DNA from: Idiomarina loihiensis L2TR
GTDB lineage: Bacteria > Pseudomonadota > Gammaproteobacteria > Enterobacterales > Alteromonadaceae
Direction: 5' to 3'
DNA: 32,000 nt
Assembly: GCF_000008465.1 (NCBI RefSeq)
Contig: NC_006512.1
Span: 900,001 to 932,000 of the forward strand
Below the pieces are notes generated by a model. It had not been told where the DNA came from, did no database searches, and worked only from the letters and a program-made list of their open reading frames with translations. The position numbers and the translations under genes were made by a program. This document shows, piece after piece, positions 19,725 through 28,396 of the stretch. Within the stretch, counting starts at the first letter, position 1. Every line of letters starts with the position of its first letter.

Positions 19725-20834
19725 CTAGCTGCGGGGCAGCCAGCGCAAGTGTACGGTAATTTCTTCACGGTCGTGGTAAAGGTGCTTGGCCTGAATTTCA
19801 AACGGCTTAGTCCCCTCGGTTTGTAGTTGTTCTTTAATCTGATCCAGGTAGCCTTTAACTGCGGCATAGCGCTGACGCATTGGTAACTTAAGGTTAAAGA
19901 TGGCTTCTTCACAGTCACCTTCGAGTAACCAACTGGTCATCAGCTCGCCGACACGTGCGGGTTTTTCAACCATATCGCACACCAGCCAGGTAACATTTTT
20001 GCGTTTCGGACGAAATTTAAAGCCGTCTTCCTGAATGTGCTTAACCTGCCCGGTTTCCATTAAGGACTCAGCCATCGGGCCGTTATCAACCGCTTGCACC
20101 ATCATACCGCGGCGAACCAGCTGATAAGTCCAGCCTCCCGGCGCTGCACCAAGATCTACCGCCTTCATGCCCGAGTGAACACGTTTTTCATGTTCGTTTT
20201 CAGGTACAAATACCTGAAAGGCTTCATCCAGTTTTAACGTTGAACGGCTTGGTGCCTCTTTTGACATACGCAAACGCACAATACCACCGTTGTGTAAGGT
20301 TTGGTTATAGCTGTATGAATAGCCCACCAAGGCATGCGCCGGGTTGACGAATAACACATGCAGCATCGGTCGTTTAGCTAGCGGCTTATTACTTAAAAGC
20401 TCTTCTTTACGCAACGCCTGACGCAGCGGCACGCTGAATTTTCGGCAGAATTTGGATAGCTGGTTAGCTTCATTAGTATCTGGAGTTCCCACCCGTAACT
20501 CACCGGCTAAACCGAACGTTTCCTGATGAGGTTTTAATACCTTAATGACTTCGCTGGCACGGTCTTCAATACCGGCCACTTTAACAGGCCCCAGCAAGGC
20601 AAACATTTCGCGCGCAAAGACCAGGTCTTTCAGCGTCAGTTTACGGGCAATATGCTCTGCTTCTTCGTGCTGGCAATGATAGGTAACGTAAGCTTGCTCG
20701 GGTTGTGTCTGGCAATAACCATAAACACCCAGTTCCGCGGTTTTATCCTGAATTTCAGCCGCGCAATCACCTTCGAACCCTGCACGACACAGCAATACAA
20801 TGCCACTACCTCTGCCGTTAACAATTTCACTCAT
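19725..20834 (-). CDS. rlmM: 23S rRNA (cytidine2498-2'-O)-methyltransferase RlmM (YgdE)
   Basis: 369 aa, collinear with E. coli RlmM (LLCRAGFEGDCAAEI, APSRSTLKLDEAF, VDLGAAPGGWTYQLV, VCDMVEKPA, FNLKLPMRQRY, LYHDREEITVH). Confidence 0.92.
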   Translation of the reverse strand: MSEIVNGRGSGIVLLCRAGFEGDCAAEIQDKTAELGVYGYCQTQPEQAYVTYHCQHEEAEHIARKLTLKDLVFAREMFALLGPVKVAGIEDRASEVIKVLKPHQETFGLAGELRVGTPDTNEANQLSKFCRKFSVPLRQALRKEELLSNKPLAKRPMLHVLFVNPAHALVGYSYSYNQTLHNGGIVRLRMSKEAPSRSTLKLDEAFQVFVPENEHEKRVHSGMKAVDLGAAPGGWTYQLVRRGMMVQAVDNGPMAESLMETGQVKHIQEDGFKFRPKRKNVTWLVCDMVEKPARVGELMTSWLLEGDCEEAIFNLKLPMRQRYAAVKGYLDQIKEQLQTEGTKPFEIQAKHLYHDREEITVHLRWLPRS

Positions 20835-21214
20835 TAACTACCTGCTCCTAACTTTATTGCGCCAACTAATAAACTGACCCAGCCAGCAATAAATAATACC
20901 CCGCCAATGGGCGTTATAGGTCCAAACCATTTAACACCGGTAAGCGCTAAGGCATACAAACTGCCGGAAAATAAAACCACGCCCGCCAGCCACAAATAAC
21001 CACTGACAACAAACCAGACTGACTGTGACTGCTTTAACCAAAGCGCTAAAACAAACAGTGCCAACGCGTGATAAAATTGATAAGTGACTCCGGTCTCAAA
21101 AGCGCTCAGCAAACTCTCGCTTAATTTCGATTTTAAACCGTGCGAAGCAAAAGCGCCCAACATAACGCCGGTACCGCCTAAAATGGCGGCCACAATTAAA
21201 AATATCTGACTCAT
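20834..21214 (-). CDS. ygdD: DUF423 family inner-membrane protein (YgdD)
   Basis: 126 aa with four hydrophobic helices. It sits directly upstream of rlmM, as E. coli ygdD does. Its stop overlaps the rlmM start (TAATG). Confidence 0.8.
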   Translation of the reverse strand: MSQIFLIVAAILGGTGVMLGAFASHGLKSKLSESLLSAFETGVTYQFYHALALFVLALWLKQSQSVWFVVSGYLWLAGVVLFSGSLYALALTGVKWFGPITPIGGVLFIAGWVSLLVGAIKLGAGS

Positions 21215-21834
21215 TGAATAAACTCCTTAATGGCATCTGCGGCCTGTTGCCAAAGCTTAGGCGTATTCTCCGCTTTGGCTTTTGTGGCGGCAAAACCGTG
21301 ATCGGCACCCTCTAGCCACTGCAACTGCCAGTTATGCGGCAACTCCACGCTTTGCCCCTGCTCCGCTCTTTTTAAAAGCGGTTTACTGAACGGGTCCCGT
21401 GTTCCCTGCAAAATAAGACCGGGCGCCTGCGTCATTTCTAATTCTTCAAGGCGTGACTTCTCAGGTTTTTGCGGCGGATGGAACGGAAACCCCAAAGCAA
21501 TTACTGCTTTCGCGCCGTATTTATCGGCTAAACGCAACATCACCCGGCTTCCTAATGACTTACCCATCAAAACTAACGGCTTATTATCTTGCTGTAATTC
21601 GCTCAATAGTTCATCGATCGCATCGAGCAATGCCTGCATTTTATTCGGCGGCCGGGGTTTCCCGGTTTCTCGAACCTTTTCCCAATAAGGAAAGTCCGGA
21701 CGCACAAGCTCTGCGCCAAGCGCTATGCCCTGCTCCGCAAAGAAATCCATAAAAGCTGTGTCGGGACCGCCTCCTGAACCGTGCAAAAACACGATGCGGA
21801 AGGCTCCTTCCGGGTTCTGTTGTTGATAACGCAT
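21211..21834 (-). CDS. Small alpha/beta-fold hydrolase (COG3571-like / dienelactone-hydrolase-like)
   Basis: 207 aa. Nucleophile elbow GKSLGSR, the FLHGSGGG oxyanion region, and a C-terminal GADHGF with a candidate catalytic His. Overlaps both neighbouring genes. Confidence 0.7.
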   Translation of the reverse strand: MRYQQQNPEGAFRIVFLHGSGGGPDTAFMDFFAEQGIALGAELVRPDFPYWEKVRETGKPRPPNKMQALLDAIDELLSELQQDNKPLVLMGKSLGSRVMLRLADKYGAKAVIALGFPFHPPQKPEKSRLEELEMTQAPGLILQGTRDPFSKPLLKRAEQGQSVELPHNWQLQWLEGADHGFAATKAKAENTPKLWQQAADAIKEFIQ

Positions 21835-22733
21835 TATTGGTTAAACTCTTGCTCTTCTTTTTGAACCAAGTTTAGCAACCACTGACGGAAGGTCGCGATT
21901 TTACCTATCTCCGCCTGATTGTCACGACAAACCAGATAAAACGCTTTATTCCGCTGCAAAGCCTGAGGGAAAATACGAACCAGGTGGCCACTGTCAATTT
22001 CAGACTTCACCAGCACATTATTGGCTAATGCAATGCCCTGCCCGTGGACCGCCGCCTGTAAAGCCAGGCTCGAATGACTGAATACCGGTCCGTTATCGCC
22101 TTTATACTGAGGTAATCCCACCAACTGAAACCAGTCCTTCCAGGCATTACGGGTTTCGTCGTGCAGCAAAGTTTGCTTGAATAAATCTATCGGCTCTTTG
22201 ATATTCGCTTTGTTCAGTAACAACGGCGAACAAACCGGCCACAAATACTCTTCGTGTAGCTGGTAAGCCTTTACCCCGGGCCAACGGCCATCGCCATAAT
22301 AAATAGCAACGTCCACGTCGTCGGTTAACGAACCACTAATTTCATCCACGGCTTTAATGCGAATGTCCATATCCGGGTGTTCTTCGCGAAAACTACTGAG
22401 CCGCGGAACAAACCATAAAATAGCGAAACTGGGCGGAACCGACACGGTCAAAGCCCCACGTTCAGACACTAACCGAAGTTTATCGGTAGCCTGCGCCAGT
22501 TGCTCAAAAATATCGCGTAACTCTAAGTAGTATTCCTGCCCTTCTTCGGTCAGCAACAGCGAGCGGTTACGCCGAATAAAAAGCTTCAGTTCAAGGAAGT
22601 CTTCTAACGCTTTCACCTGGTGACTAACTGCCGCCTGAGTCACAAATAACTCTTCAGCTGCTTTGGTGAAACTGAGGTGACGCGCTGCCACTTCAAATGA
22701 TTTAAGCGCGTTTAAGGGAGGTAATTTCCGCAT
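21834..22733 (-). CDS. gcvA: LysR-family transcriptional regulator GcvA (glycine cleavage system activator)
   Basis: 299 aa, collinear with E. coli GcvA (LPPLNALKSFEVAARHLSFTKAAEELFVTQAAVSHQVKALEDFL, RRNRSLLLTEEGQ, AFYLVCRDNQAEIGKIATFRQW). The gcvA-ygdD-rlmM order matches E. coli. Confidence 0.88.
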   Translation of the reverse strand: MRKLPPLNALKSFEVAARHLSFTKAAEELFVTQAAVSHQVKALEDFLELKLFIRRNRSLLLTEEGQEYYLELRDIFEQLAQATDKLRLVSERGALTVSVPPSFAILWFVPRLSSFREEHPDMDIRIKAVDEISGSLTDDVDVAIYYGDGRWPGVKAYQLHEEYLWPVCSPLLLNKANIKEPIDLFKQTLLHDETRNAWKDWFQLVGLPQYKGDNGPVFSHSSLALQAAVHGQGIALANNVLVKSEIDSGHLVRIFPQALQRNKAFYLVCRDNQAEIGKIATFRQWLLNLVQKEEQEFNQ

Positions 22734-22743
22734 GCCATTAACT

Positions 22744-22790
22744 AAAAAGCGTCTCTGTTTAGTATATTGCCACCACTATAACAGAGACGC
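22744..22790 (-). terminator. Rho-independent terminator ending the mmsA...SDR operon
   Basis: An 11-bp perfect stem (22749-22759 pairs with 22780-22790), extended by 4 more pairs past a 1-nt bulge. On the minus strand it is followed by UUUUU (plus-strand AAAAA 22744-22748). It starts 41 nt after the SDR stop. Confidence 0.8.
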
Positions 22791-22830
22791 CCTTTGTTCG
22801 GCTATTTATCATTACTTTATCTAATGTGAC

Positions 22831-23595
22831 TTACAACCGAACGCCGCCGTCAATTTCGACCACACGGCCGCTGAAAAAGTCATTTTCAATAATGTAGCGC
22901 GCACTGTGGGCAATTTCATTGGGCTGGCCCCAGCGTTTTAGCGGAACCATAGACAACGCGCGATCAACCGCTTCAGGTTTCATCTGTGCCGTCATTGGAG
23001 TTTCAATAAAGCCCGGCGCAATGGCACCGCAGCGAATGCCGTAACGACCCAGTTCGCGAGCCCAGGTCACCGTCATAGCAACCACACCGGCTTTGGTTGC
23101 GGAATAGTTAGTCTGTCCCATATTACCAGCACGCGCGACGCTGGAAATATTGATGATAACGCCTTTCTTGCCGGCTTTTACCATCTGTGCCGCGGCTTCA
23201 CGGCCGCATAAGAAGGTACCGGTGAGATTCACATCCAGTACCGACTGGAACTGTTGTAAAGGCATTTTCTGTTTCAGTTCGCCGTCTTTGAATTTGATCA
23301 GCAAGCCGTCACGCAATAGGCCTGCGTTGTTCACCAGCACATCAATGCCATCAAACTCTTGCTGAATTTGCTCAAATACGGTTTCTACCGACTCTTCGTC
23401 AGTGATATCAACTTCATAACCAACCACTTTGGCTGCGCCCAACTTTTCGCATTGCTCCTGAGCTTCACCTAATACGTCGCCGTTAATATCAATAAGCGCA
23501 AGTTTGGCACCTTGTCTCGCGAAATCTTCAGCCATCGCAAGGCCCAGCCCCTGAGCACCACCGGTAATAACAATGACACTGTCTTTAATTTGCAT
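22831..23595 (-). CDS. Short-chain dehydrogenase/reductase; probable 3-hydroxyacyl-CoA (3-hydroxy-2-methylbutyryl-CoA) dehydrogenase of the branched-chain catabolic cluster
   Basis: TGGAQGLG Rossmann motif, NNAG, and the S...YSATK catalytic triad. It is the last gene of the cluster, like Shewanella ivdG. I prefer the ATG at 23595 (MQIKDS) over the TTG at 23607. Substrate is inferred from context. Confidence 0.75.
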   Translation of the reverse strand: MQIKDSVIVITGGAQGLGLAMAEDFARQGAKLALIDINGDVLGEAQEQCEKLGAAKVVGYEVDITDEESVETVFEQIQQEFDGIDVLVNNAGLLRDGLLIKFKDGELKQKMPLQQFQSVLDVNLTGTFLCGREAAAQMVKAGKKGVIINISSVARAGNMGQTNYSATKAGVVAMTVTWARELGRYGIRCGAIAPGFIETPMTAQMKPEAVDRALSMVPLKRWGQPNEIAHSARYIIENDFFSGRVVEIDGGVRL

Positions 23596-23615
23596 GTGTT
23601 TCCCCAATTCTTAGG

Positions 23616-24512
23616 TTACTTCTGTGACTTAGGTGCCACATAATTAAAAATACTGGAAAAGTCCTGGCGACCATGGCCTTGCTCAGACCAGCTGTGGTAA
23701 AGGTTGCGAGTCAGTGATCCCATAGGCGTTGCGGCACCACTTTCTAATGCGGTTTGTTGCGCCAGACCTAAATCTTTAGCCATTAAGTCAACCAGAAAGC
23801 CGCCTTGGTAGTCGTTACTTGAAGGCACGTTATCCATTACCCCTGGGCACGGATTATATACCTGTAATGTCCAATTACTACCCGAGCTTGCCAGCATAAT
23901 TTCCGATAAAACTTTCGGGTCCAACCCGTTAGCCTTACCTAATTGCAGAGCTTCAGAAGTACCCACCATTAATACTGACAACAACATGTTATTACAGATT
24001 TTTGCAATCTGTCCGGCACCGACATCACCGGCGCGGAAAACATTTTTGCCCATGTCGTTAAGCACGCTACGAGCCCGGTCAACGTTAGTTTCTGTACCAC
24101 CGCAAATAAAGGTTAAGGTACCCGCTTTCGCGCCACCAACACCACCAGAAACAGGGGCGTCGATAAAGGCAATACCAGCTTTCTCTAACTGTTCACCCAC
24201 ATACATAGCGGTTTCAGAAGAAATGGTACTGCAATCAATAACGAGCTGATCTTTATTCAGCTTGTTGATTAGGCCGTCGTCACCAAGGTAAACGCCTTTT
24301 ACGTGACGGTCTGCAGGCAGCATAGACACCACAAATTCAGCTCCGTCGATGGCTTCAGCTGCTGTTTTCGCAGCCTGTGCACCGTCAGCAACTATCGCTT
24401 TAAGTGCTTCTTCCGATAAGTCAAAAGCCTTAACCTTGTGGCCGGCTTTTGCCAGATTGCTGGCCATTGGGCCACCCATGTTACCCAGTCCAATAAATCC
24501 TACGGTTGCCAT
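23616..24512 (-). CDS. mmsB: 3-hydroxyisobutyrate dehydrogenase
   Basis: 298 aa. VGFIGLGNMGGPMA NAD-binding N-terminus, DAPVSGG and the KICNNM motif. Lies in a valine catabolic context. Confidence 0.88.
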   Translation of the reverse strand: MATVGFIGLGNMGGPMASNLAKAGHKVKAFDLSEEALKAIVADGAQAAKTAAEAIDGAEFVVSMLPADRHVKGVYLGDDGLINKLNKDQLVIDCSTISSETAMYVGEQLEKAGIAFIDAPVSGGVGGAKAGTLTFICGGTETNVDRARSVLNDMGKNVFRAGDVGAGQIAKICNNMLLSVLMVGTSEALQLGKANGLDPKVLSEIMLASSGSNWTLQVYNPCPGVMDNVPSSNDYQGGFLVDLMAKDLGLAQQTALESGAATPMGSLTRNLYHSWSEQGHGRQDFSSIFNYVAPKSQK

Positions 24513-24539
24513 AAAGGCACTCCTTCTTGTTAATTCGTT

Positions 24540-25661
24540 TTATTTATCAAGATCGGCTAATGGATGCGTTCGCTCGCCCCAGGGCGGTAAAAAGAATGCA
24601 TCAATCTCTTCCGCTGGTACTTCGGCTACCGAGCTATGCTGCCATTGTGGATTCTTATCTTTATCAATCAGCAGTGCCCGAATACCTTCGGCAAAGTCAC
24701 CACGAACTGCACAGTTACAGGACAAGGTTAGCTCTAAACGGAAACAGTCAGCCAAAGACAAGTCAGAGCCTTGCTGCAACTGGTTCCAGACCAGGTGCGA
24801 TGTAAACGGACAACCATTGGCCAGGTTCTTACGCGCCCGCGCCAGCCATTTATCATCGGTTTCGTCACTGACAATACGTTCAACAATTTCACCAATATCA
24901 TTGCCCGTTGTCAGCTCTGTTATTAGCTTCTGATGTGGTTCTACCTGAGGCGTGGGTAATGCTGTTGGGTCACTACTTGCCACGTCACTCAGTAAGTCCG
25001 TCACTTTTTGTTTGTTCAGAGCCTCAGTATTGCCCCATTGAACTTCTTTCAGCTTATTCAGAATGCTTTCTTTGCTCTCATGCCCAACAAAGTGATCGGC
25101 CAGGTTCAGATACAGTGCATCGTTCGCATTCATCGTTGCGCCGGTAATACCTAAGAACAAACCGCAACCTCGTGGCATGCGATTAAGGAAGTAGGTCGCA
25201 CCAACATCCGGGTACAAACCAATAGTCACTTCTGGCATAGCCAGTAACGAACGTTCGGTCACAATACGGTGGCTGGCGCCATTCATTAGCCCCATACCGC
25301 CGCCCATCACAATGCCGTCACCCCAGCAAATAAGAGGTTTAGGGAAGGTCTGAATAAAGTAGTCCAGTTGATATTCCTGGGTGAAGAAGTTTTCGACTTC
25401 TTCCACTAATTTGCCCGGCTCTGCCTGCATGGCTTTATACATAGCCACAATGTCACCACCGGCACAGAATGCTTTTTCACCGGCACCCTGTAACCAGACA
25501 CAAGCAACTTTGTCATCTTCTGCCCATTTTTTCAGCTGCGGTAACAGCTTTTCAGCCATTGCCAGGCTTAGGGCATTCAATGATTTCTCGGAATTTAACG
25601 TAGCAACGCCGATGACTTTGTCACCGGCGTTCAGTTCTTCAAAAAGTACAACGTCTTGCAT
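24540..25661 (-). CDS. 3-hydroxyisobutyryl-CoA hydrolase (long-form enoyl-CoA hydratase/isomerase family)
   Basis: 373 aa. The crotonase fold (FCAGGDI, GIVMGGGMGL) plus the approximately 100-aa C-terminal extension is typical of HIBCH-type hydrolases, not the approximately 260-aa hydratases. Confidence 0.8.
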   Translation of the reverse strand: MQDVVLFEELNAGDKVIGVATLNSEKSLNALSLAMAEKLLPQLKKWAEDDKVACVWLQGAGEKAFCAGGDIVAMYKAMQAEPGKLVEEVENFFTQEYQLDYFIQTFPKPLICWGDGIVMGGGMGLMNGASHRIVTERSLLAMPEVTIGLYPDVGATYFLNRMPRGCGLFLGITGATMNANDALYLNLADHFVGHESKESILNKLKEVQWGNTEALNKQKVTDLLSDVASSDPTALPTPQVEPHQKLITELTTGNDIGEIVERIVSDETDDKWLARARKNLANGCPFTSHLVWNQLQQGSDLSLADCFRLELTLSCNCAVRGDFAEGIRALLIDKDKNPQWQHSSVAEVPAEEIDAFFLPPWGERTHPLADLDK

Positions 25662-25670
25662 GGAATCTCC

Positions 25671-26828
25671 TTACAAGATTTCGCGATCGTTATCAGCCAG
25701 AATGCGACGTCCAATAATCATGCGCATAACTTCGTTTGTGCCTTCCAGGATCTGGTGCACACGAACATCACGCACATGGCGCTCTAACGGATACTCTTTA
25801 ATGTAGCCATAACCACCGTGCAGCTGCAGTGCGTCGTTACACACTTTAAAACCAACATCGGTCGCAAACTGTTTTGCCATAGCACAATAGGTAGTTTTAT
25901 CAGCATCGTTGTTATCGACTTTACTGGCTGCCAGACGCACCATTTGACGGGCCGCAACCAGCTCAGTCGCCATATCGGCTAACTTAAACTGTAGCGCCTG
26001 AAAAGCCGCGAGGGGCTTACCAAATTGCGTACGTTCCTGCATATAAGCTTTGGCAGTATTTAATGCCGCTTGCGCTGTACCCACAGAACACACCGCAATG
26101 TTAATGCGTCCGCCGTCTAAGCCCATCATGGCAAACTTAAAGCCTTCGCCTTCTTTACCCAGCAGGTTTTCTGCCGGAATGCGAACGTCTTCAAAAGTCA
26201 CTAAGCGGGTAGGCTGTGCATTCCAGCCCATTTTATCTTCGGCTTTACCGTAAATAACACCTTTCGCGTCCGCCGGTACAGCAAAGGCAGAAATGCCTTT
26301 AGGTCCGTCTTCGCCAGTACGAGCCATAACCACTAAAACGTCAGTTTCACCGGCACCGGAGATGAACATTTTAGAGCCATTTAAGACGTACTCGTCGCCG
26401 TCTTTTTTCGCACTGGTACGCAAGCTGGCAGCGTCTGAACCAGAGCCTGGTTCGGTCAGGCAGTAAGAGCCAAGCTTCTCACCGGTAACCAACTCGGACA
26501 CCCACTGGTCAATCACTGACTGTTGGCCGAAAGAACCAATCATCCAGGTGACCATGTTATGAATGGTCATCATGGCCGTGGTTGCGGTACAACCACCTGC
26601 CAGCTGCTCAAAAATAAGCGCTGAGTCCAGACGGCTCATTCCGAAGCCGCCAGCCTCTTCCGGCGTATACATGCCCATAAAGCCCATTTCACCAGCTTTA
26701 CGGAACACTTCAACGGGGAAATAATGCTCTTCGTCCCACTTAGCCGCATTAGGCGCCAGCTCTTTGTCGGCAAAAGCTTTGGCAGTATCCACAAAGGCTT
26801 GCTGGTCTTCTGTCAATTCGAAATTCAT
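25671..26828 (-). CDS. Acyl-CoA dehydrogenase; probable isobutyryl-/2-methylbutyryl-CoA dehydrogenase
   Basis: 385 aa. YCLTEPGSGSDAASL, the QLHGGYGY and ILEGTNEVMR motifs. Positioned between mmsA and the HIBCH-like gene. Confidence 0.85.
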   Translation of the reverse strand: MNFELTEDQQAFVDTAKAFADKELAPNAAKWDEEHYFPVEVFRKAGEMGFMGMYTPEEAGGFGMSRLDSALIFEQLAGGCTATTAMMTIHNMVTWMIGSFGQQSVIDQWVSELVTGEKLGSYCLTEPGSGSDAASLRTSAKKDGDEYVLNGSKMFISGAGETDVLVVMARTGEDGPKGISAFAVPADAKGVIYGKAEDKMGWNAQPTRLVTFEDVRIPAENLLGKEGEGFKFAMMGLDGGRINIAVCSVGTAQAALNTAKAYMQERTQFGKPLAAFQALQFKLADMATELVAARQMVRLAASKVDNNDADKTTYCAMAKQFATDVGFKVCNDALQLHGGYGYIKEYPLERHVRDVRVHQILEGTNEVMRMIIGRRILADNDREIL

Positions 26829-26840
26829 CGTTATCCCCTA

Positions 26841-28340
26841 TTATCTCAGGTTAATTGACATGTTCGGACCTGCTGGATCTTCAAGGTCGCTCTCAAACCA
26901 ACGCGCCGTTACCGTCTTAGTTTCGCTGTAGAAACGAACGCCCTGCTTACCATAAGCGTGAAGGTCACCAAAGAATGAACGCTTCCAGCCAGTAAATGAG
27001 AAGAACGGCAGCGGTACCGGAATTGGAATGTTGATACCGACCTGACCCACTTCAACTTCGTGCTGGTATTTACGCGCGGCGGCACCACTTGCGGTAAAGA
27101 TAGAAGTACCATTACCGTAAGGGTTGTTGTTAACCAATTCCAAAGCGTCTTCAAGGCTGTCCACTTCTGTGGCGCACAATACCGGACCGAAAATTTCTGT
27201 TTTATAGATTTCCATATCCGGCGTTACGTTAGAGAACACTGTTGGGCCAACCCAGTTACCATTTGGCAGACCGTCAACTTTGCAATTACGACCATCAACC
27301 AGCAATTTAGCGCCTTCTTTCTCACCCTGAGTAATCAAAGCTTCAACGCGTTCTTTCGCTTGTGGACTAATAACCGGGCCATAAGCGGCACCTTCGTCAT
27401 TCCATGCGCCCGGACGAACCTTAGCAATAGCTTCCGCTATTTCAGGGATCCACTCTTTTGCCGCGCCAACAAATACTGCGACAGAAATAGCCATACAACG
27501 TTGACCCGCCGCACCGACAGAAGAGCCAACCATATTATTGATGACTTGCTGTTTATTGGCGTCAGGCATAATAACGCAATGGTTTTTCGCACCAGCAAAA
27601 GCCTGTACACGCTTACCATTTTCCGTACCACGGCGGTAAATATATTCAGCAACCGGCACTGAGCCTACAAAAGACAAGGCACGAACGTCCGGGTGGTCTA
27701 ACAGAAAATCGACCTGTTCTTTATTGCCGTGCAATACCTGCAGTACGCCTTTAGGTGCGCCAGCTTCTTCGAACAGTTCAGCCAAACGGGTTGGCGTTAA
27801 CGGATCTTGCTCGGAAGGCTTCAGAATGAAGGTATTACCACAAGCAATGGCCAGCGGGAACATCCACAGTGGGATCATCGCCGGAAAGTTAAACGGCGTA
27901 ATACCAGCGCAAACACCTAATGGCTGAGTGTAACTATAAGAATCAATTTTACGAGCAACGTTTTCAACTGTCTCGCCCATTAATAACGAAGGAATATTCG
28001 CTGCGTGTTCAACCACTTCTATACCACGCCAGACATCACCTTTGGCATCTTCAAAAGTTTTACCAGTTTCTTGCGCCAGAGTCTCTGCAATTTCTTCCTG
28101 ATGTTCTTTTAACAAGGCCTGATAGCGCATCATTACGCGAGCACGCTCAGAAACAGGCACTTCTTTCCAGGTTTTAAAAGCTTCACGAGCACTCTCAACC
28201 GCTGCGTCCATTTCGCTTTGAGTAGCAACTGGCACTTGAGCGATAACTTCCTGAGTTGCCGGGTTGGTGACAGGAATCCACTGTTCTGACTTCGAGGCGA
28301 CAAATTCGCCATCTATATACAGAGGCACTTTCTTAGACAT
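26841..28340 (-). CDS. mmsA: Methylmalonate-semialdehyde dehydrogenase (CoA-acylating)
   Basis: 499 aa aldehyde dehydrogenase. [31 protein letters not shown] and GQRCMA (catalytic Cys) are typical of MmsA. Confidence 0.9.
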   Translation of the reverse strand: MSKKVPLYIDGEFVASKSEQWIPVTNPATQEVIAQVPVATQSEMDAAVESAREAFKTWKEVPVSERARVMMRYQALLKEHQEEIAETLAQETGKTFEDAKGDVWRGIEVVEHAANIPSLLMGETVENVARKIDSYSYTQPLGVCAGITPFNFPAMIPLWMFPLAIACGNTFILKPSEQDPLTPTRLAELFEEAGAPKGVLQVLHGNKEQVDFLLDHPDVRALSFVGSVPVAEYIYRRGTENGKRVQAFAGAKNHCVIMPDANKQQVINNMVGSSVGAAGQRCMAISVAVFVGAAKEWIPEIAEAIAKVRPGAWNDEGAAYGPVISPQAKERVEALITQGEKEGAKLLVDGRNCKVDGLPNGNWVGPTVFSNVTPDMEIYKTEIFGPVLCATEVDSLEDALELVNNNPYGNGTSIFTASGAAARKYQHEVEVGQVGINIPIPVPLPFFSFTGWKRSFFGDLHAYGKQGVRFYSETKTVTARWFESDLEDPAGPNMSINLR

Positions 28341-28396
28341 AATTCACCTTCTTATTGTGTTATTTTGTCATCTATTGATGAGCTAAATTTAGTTAA

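Noticed and set aside
22734-22830. Looked for the GcvB sRNA gene, which sits divergently upstream of gcvA in enterobacteria.
   Set aside because: Only 97 bp are available against approximately 200 nt for GcvB. There is no GU-rich (GTTGTG-repeat) region. The one strong hairpin has its U-tract on the minus strand, so it is explained as the terminator of the upstream catabolic operon.
24349-24933. A 194-aa plus-strand ORF spanning the mmsB/hydrolase junction. Similar long antisense ORFs lie at 27060-27662 (200 aa), 25381-25806 (141 aa), 5823-6176 (117 aa), 14953-15321 (122 aa), 6942-7331 (129 aa) and 8620-8961 (113 aa).
   Set aside because: All lie wholly antisense to, or out of frame within, strongly supported conserved genes. 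Their low-complexity Ser/Ala/Pro/Arg-rich or Cys/Phe-rich composition is typical of shadow frames. They have no SD and no recognisable motifs.
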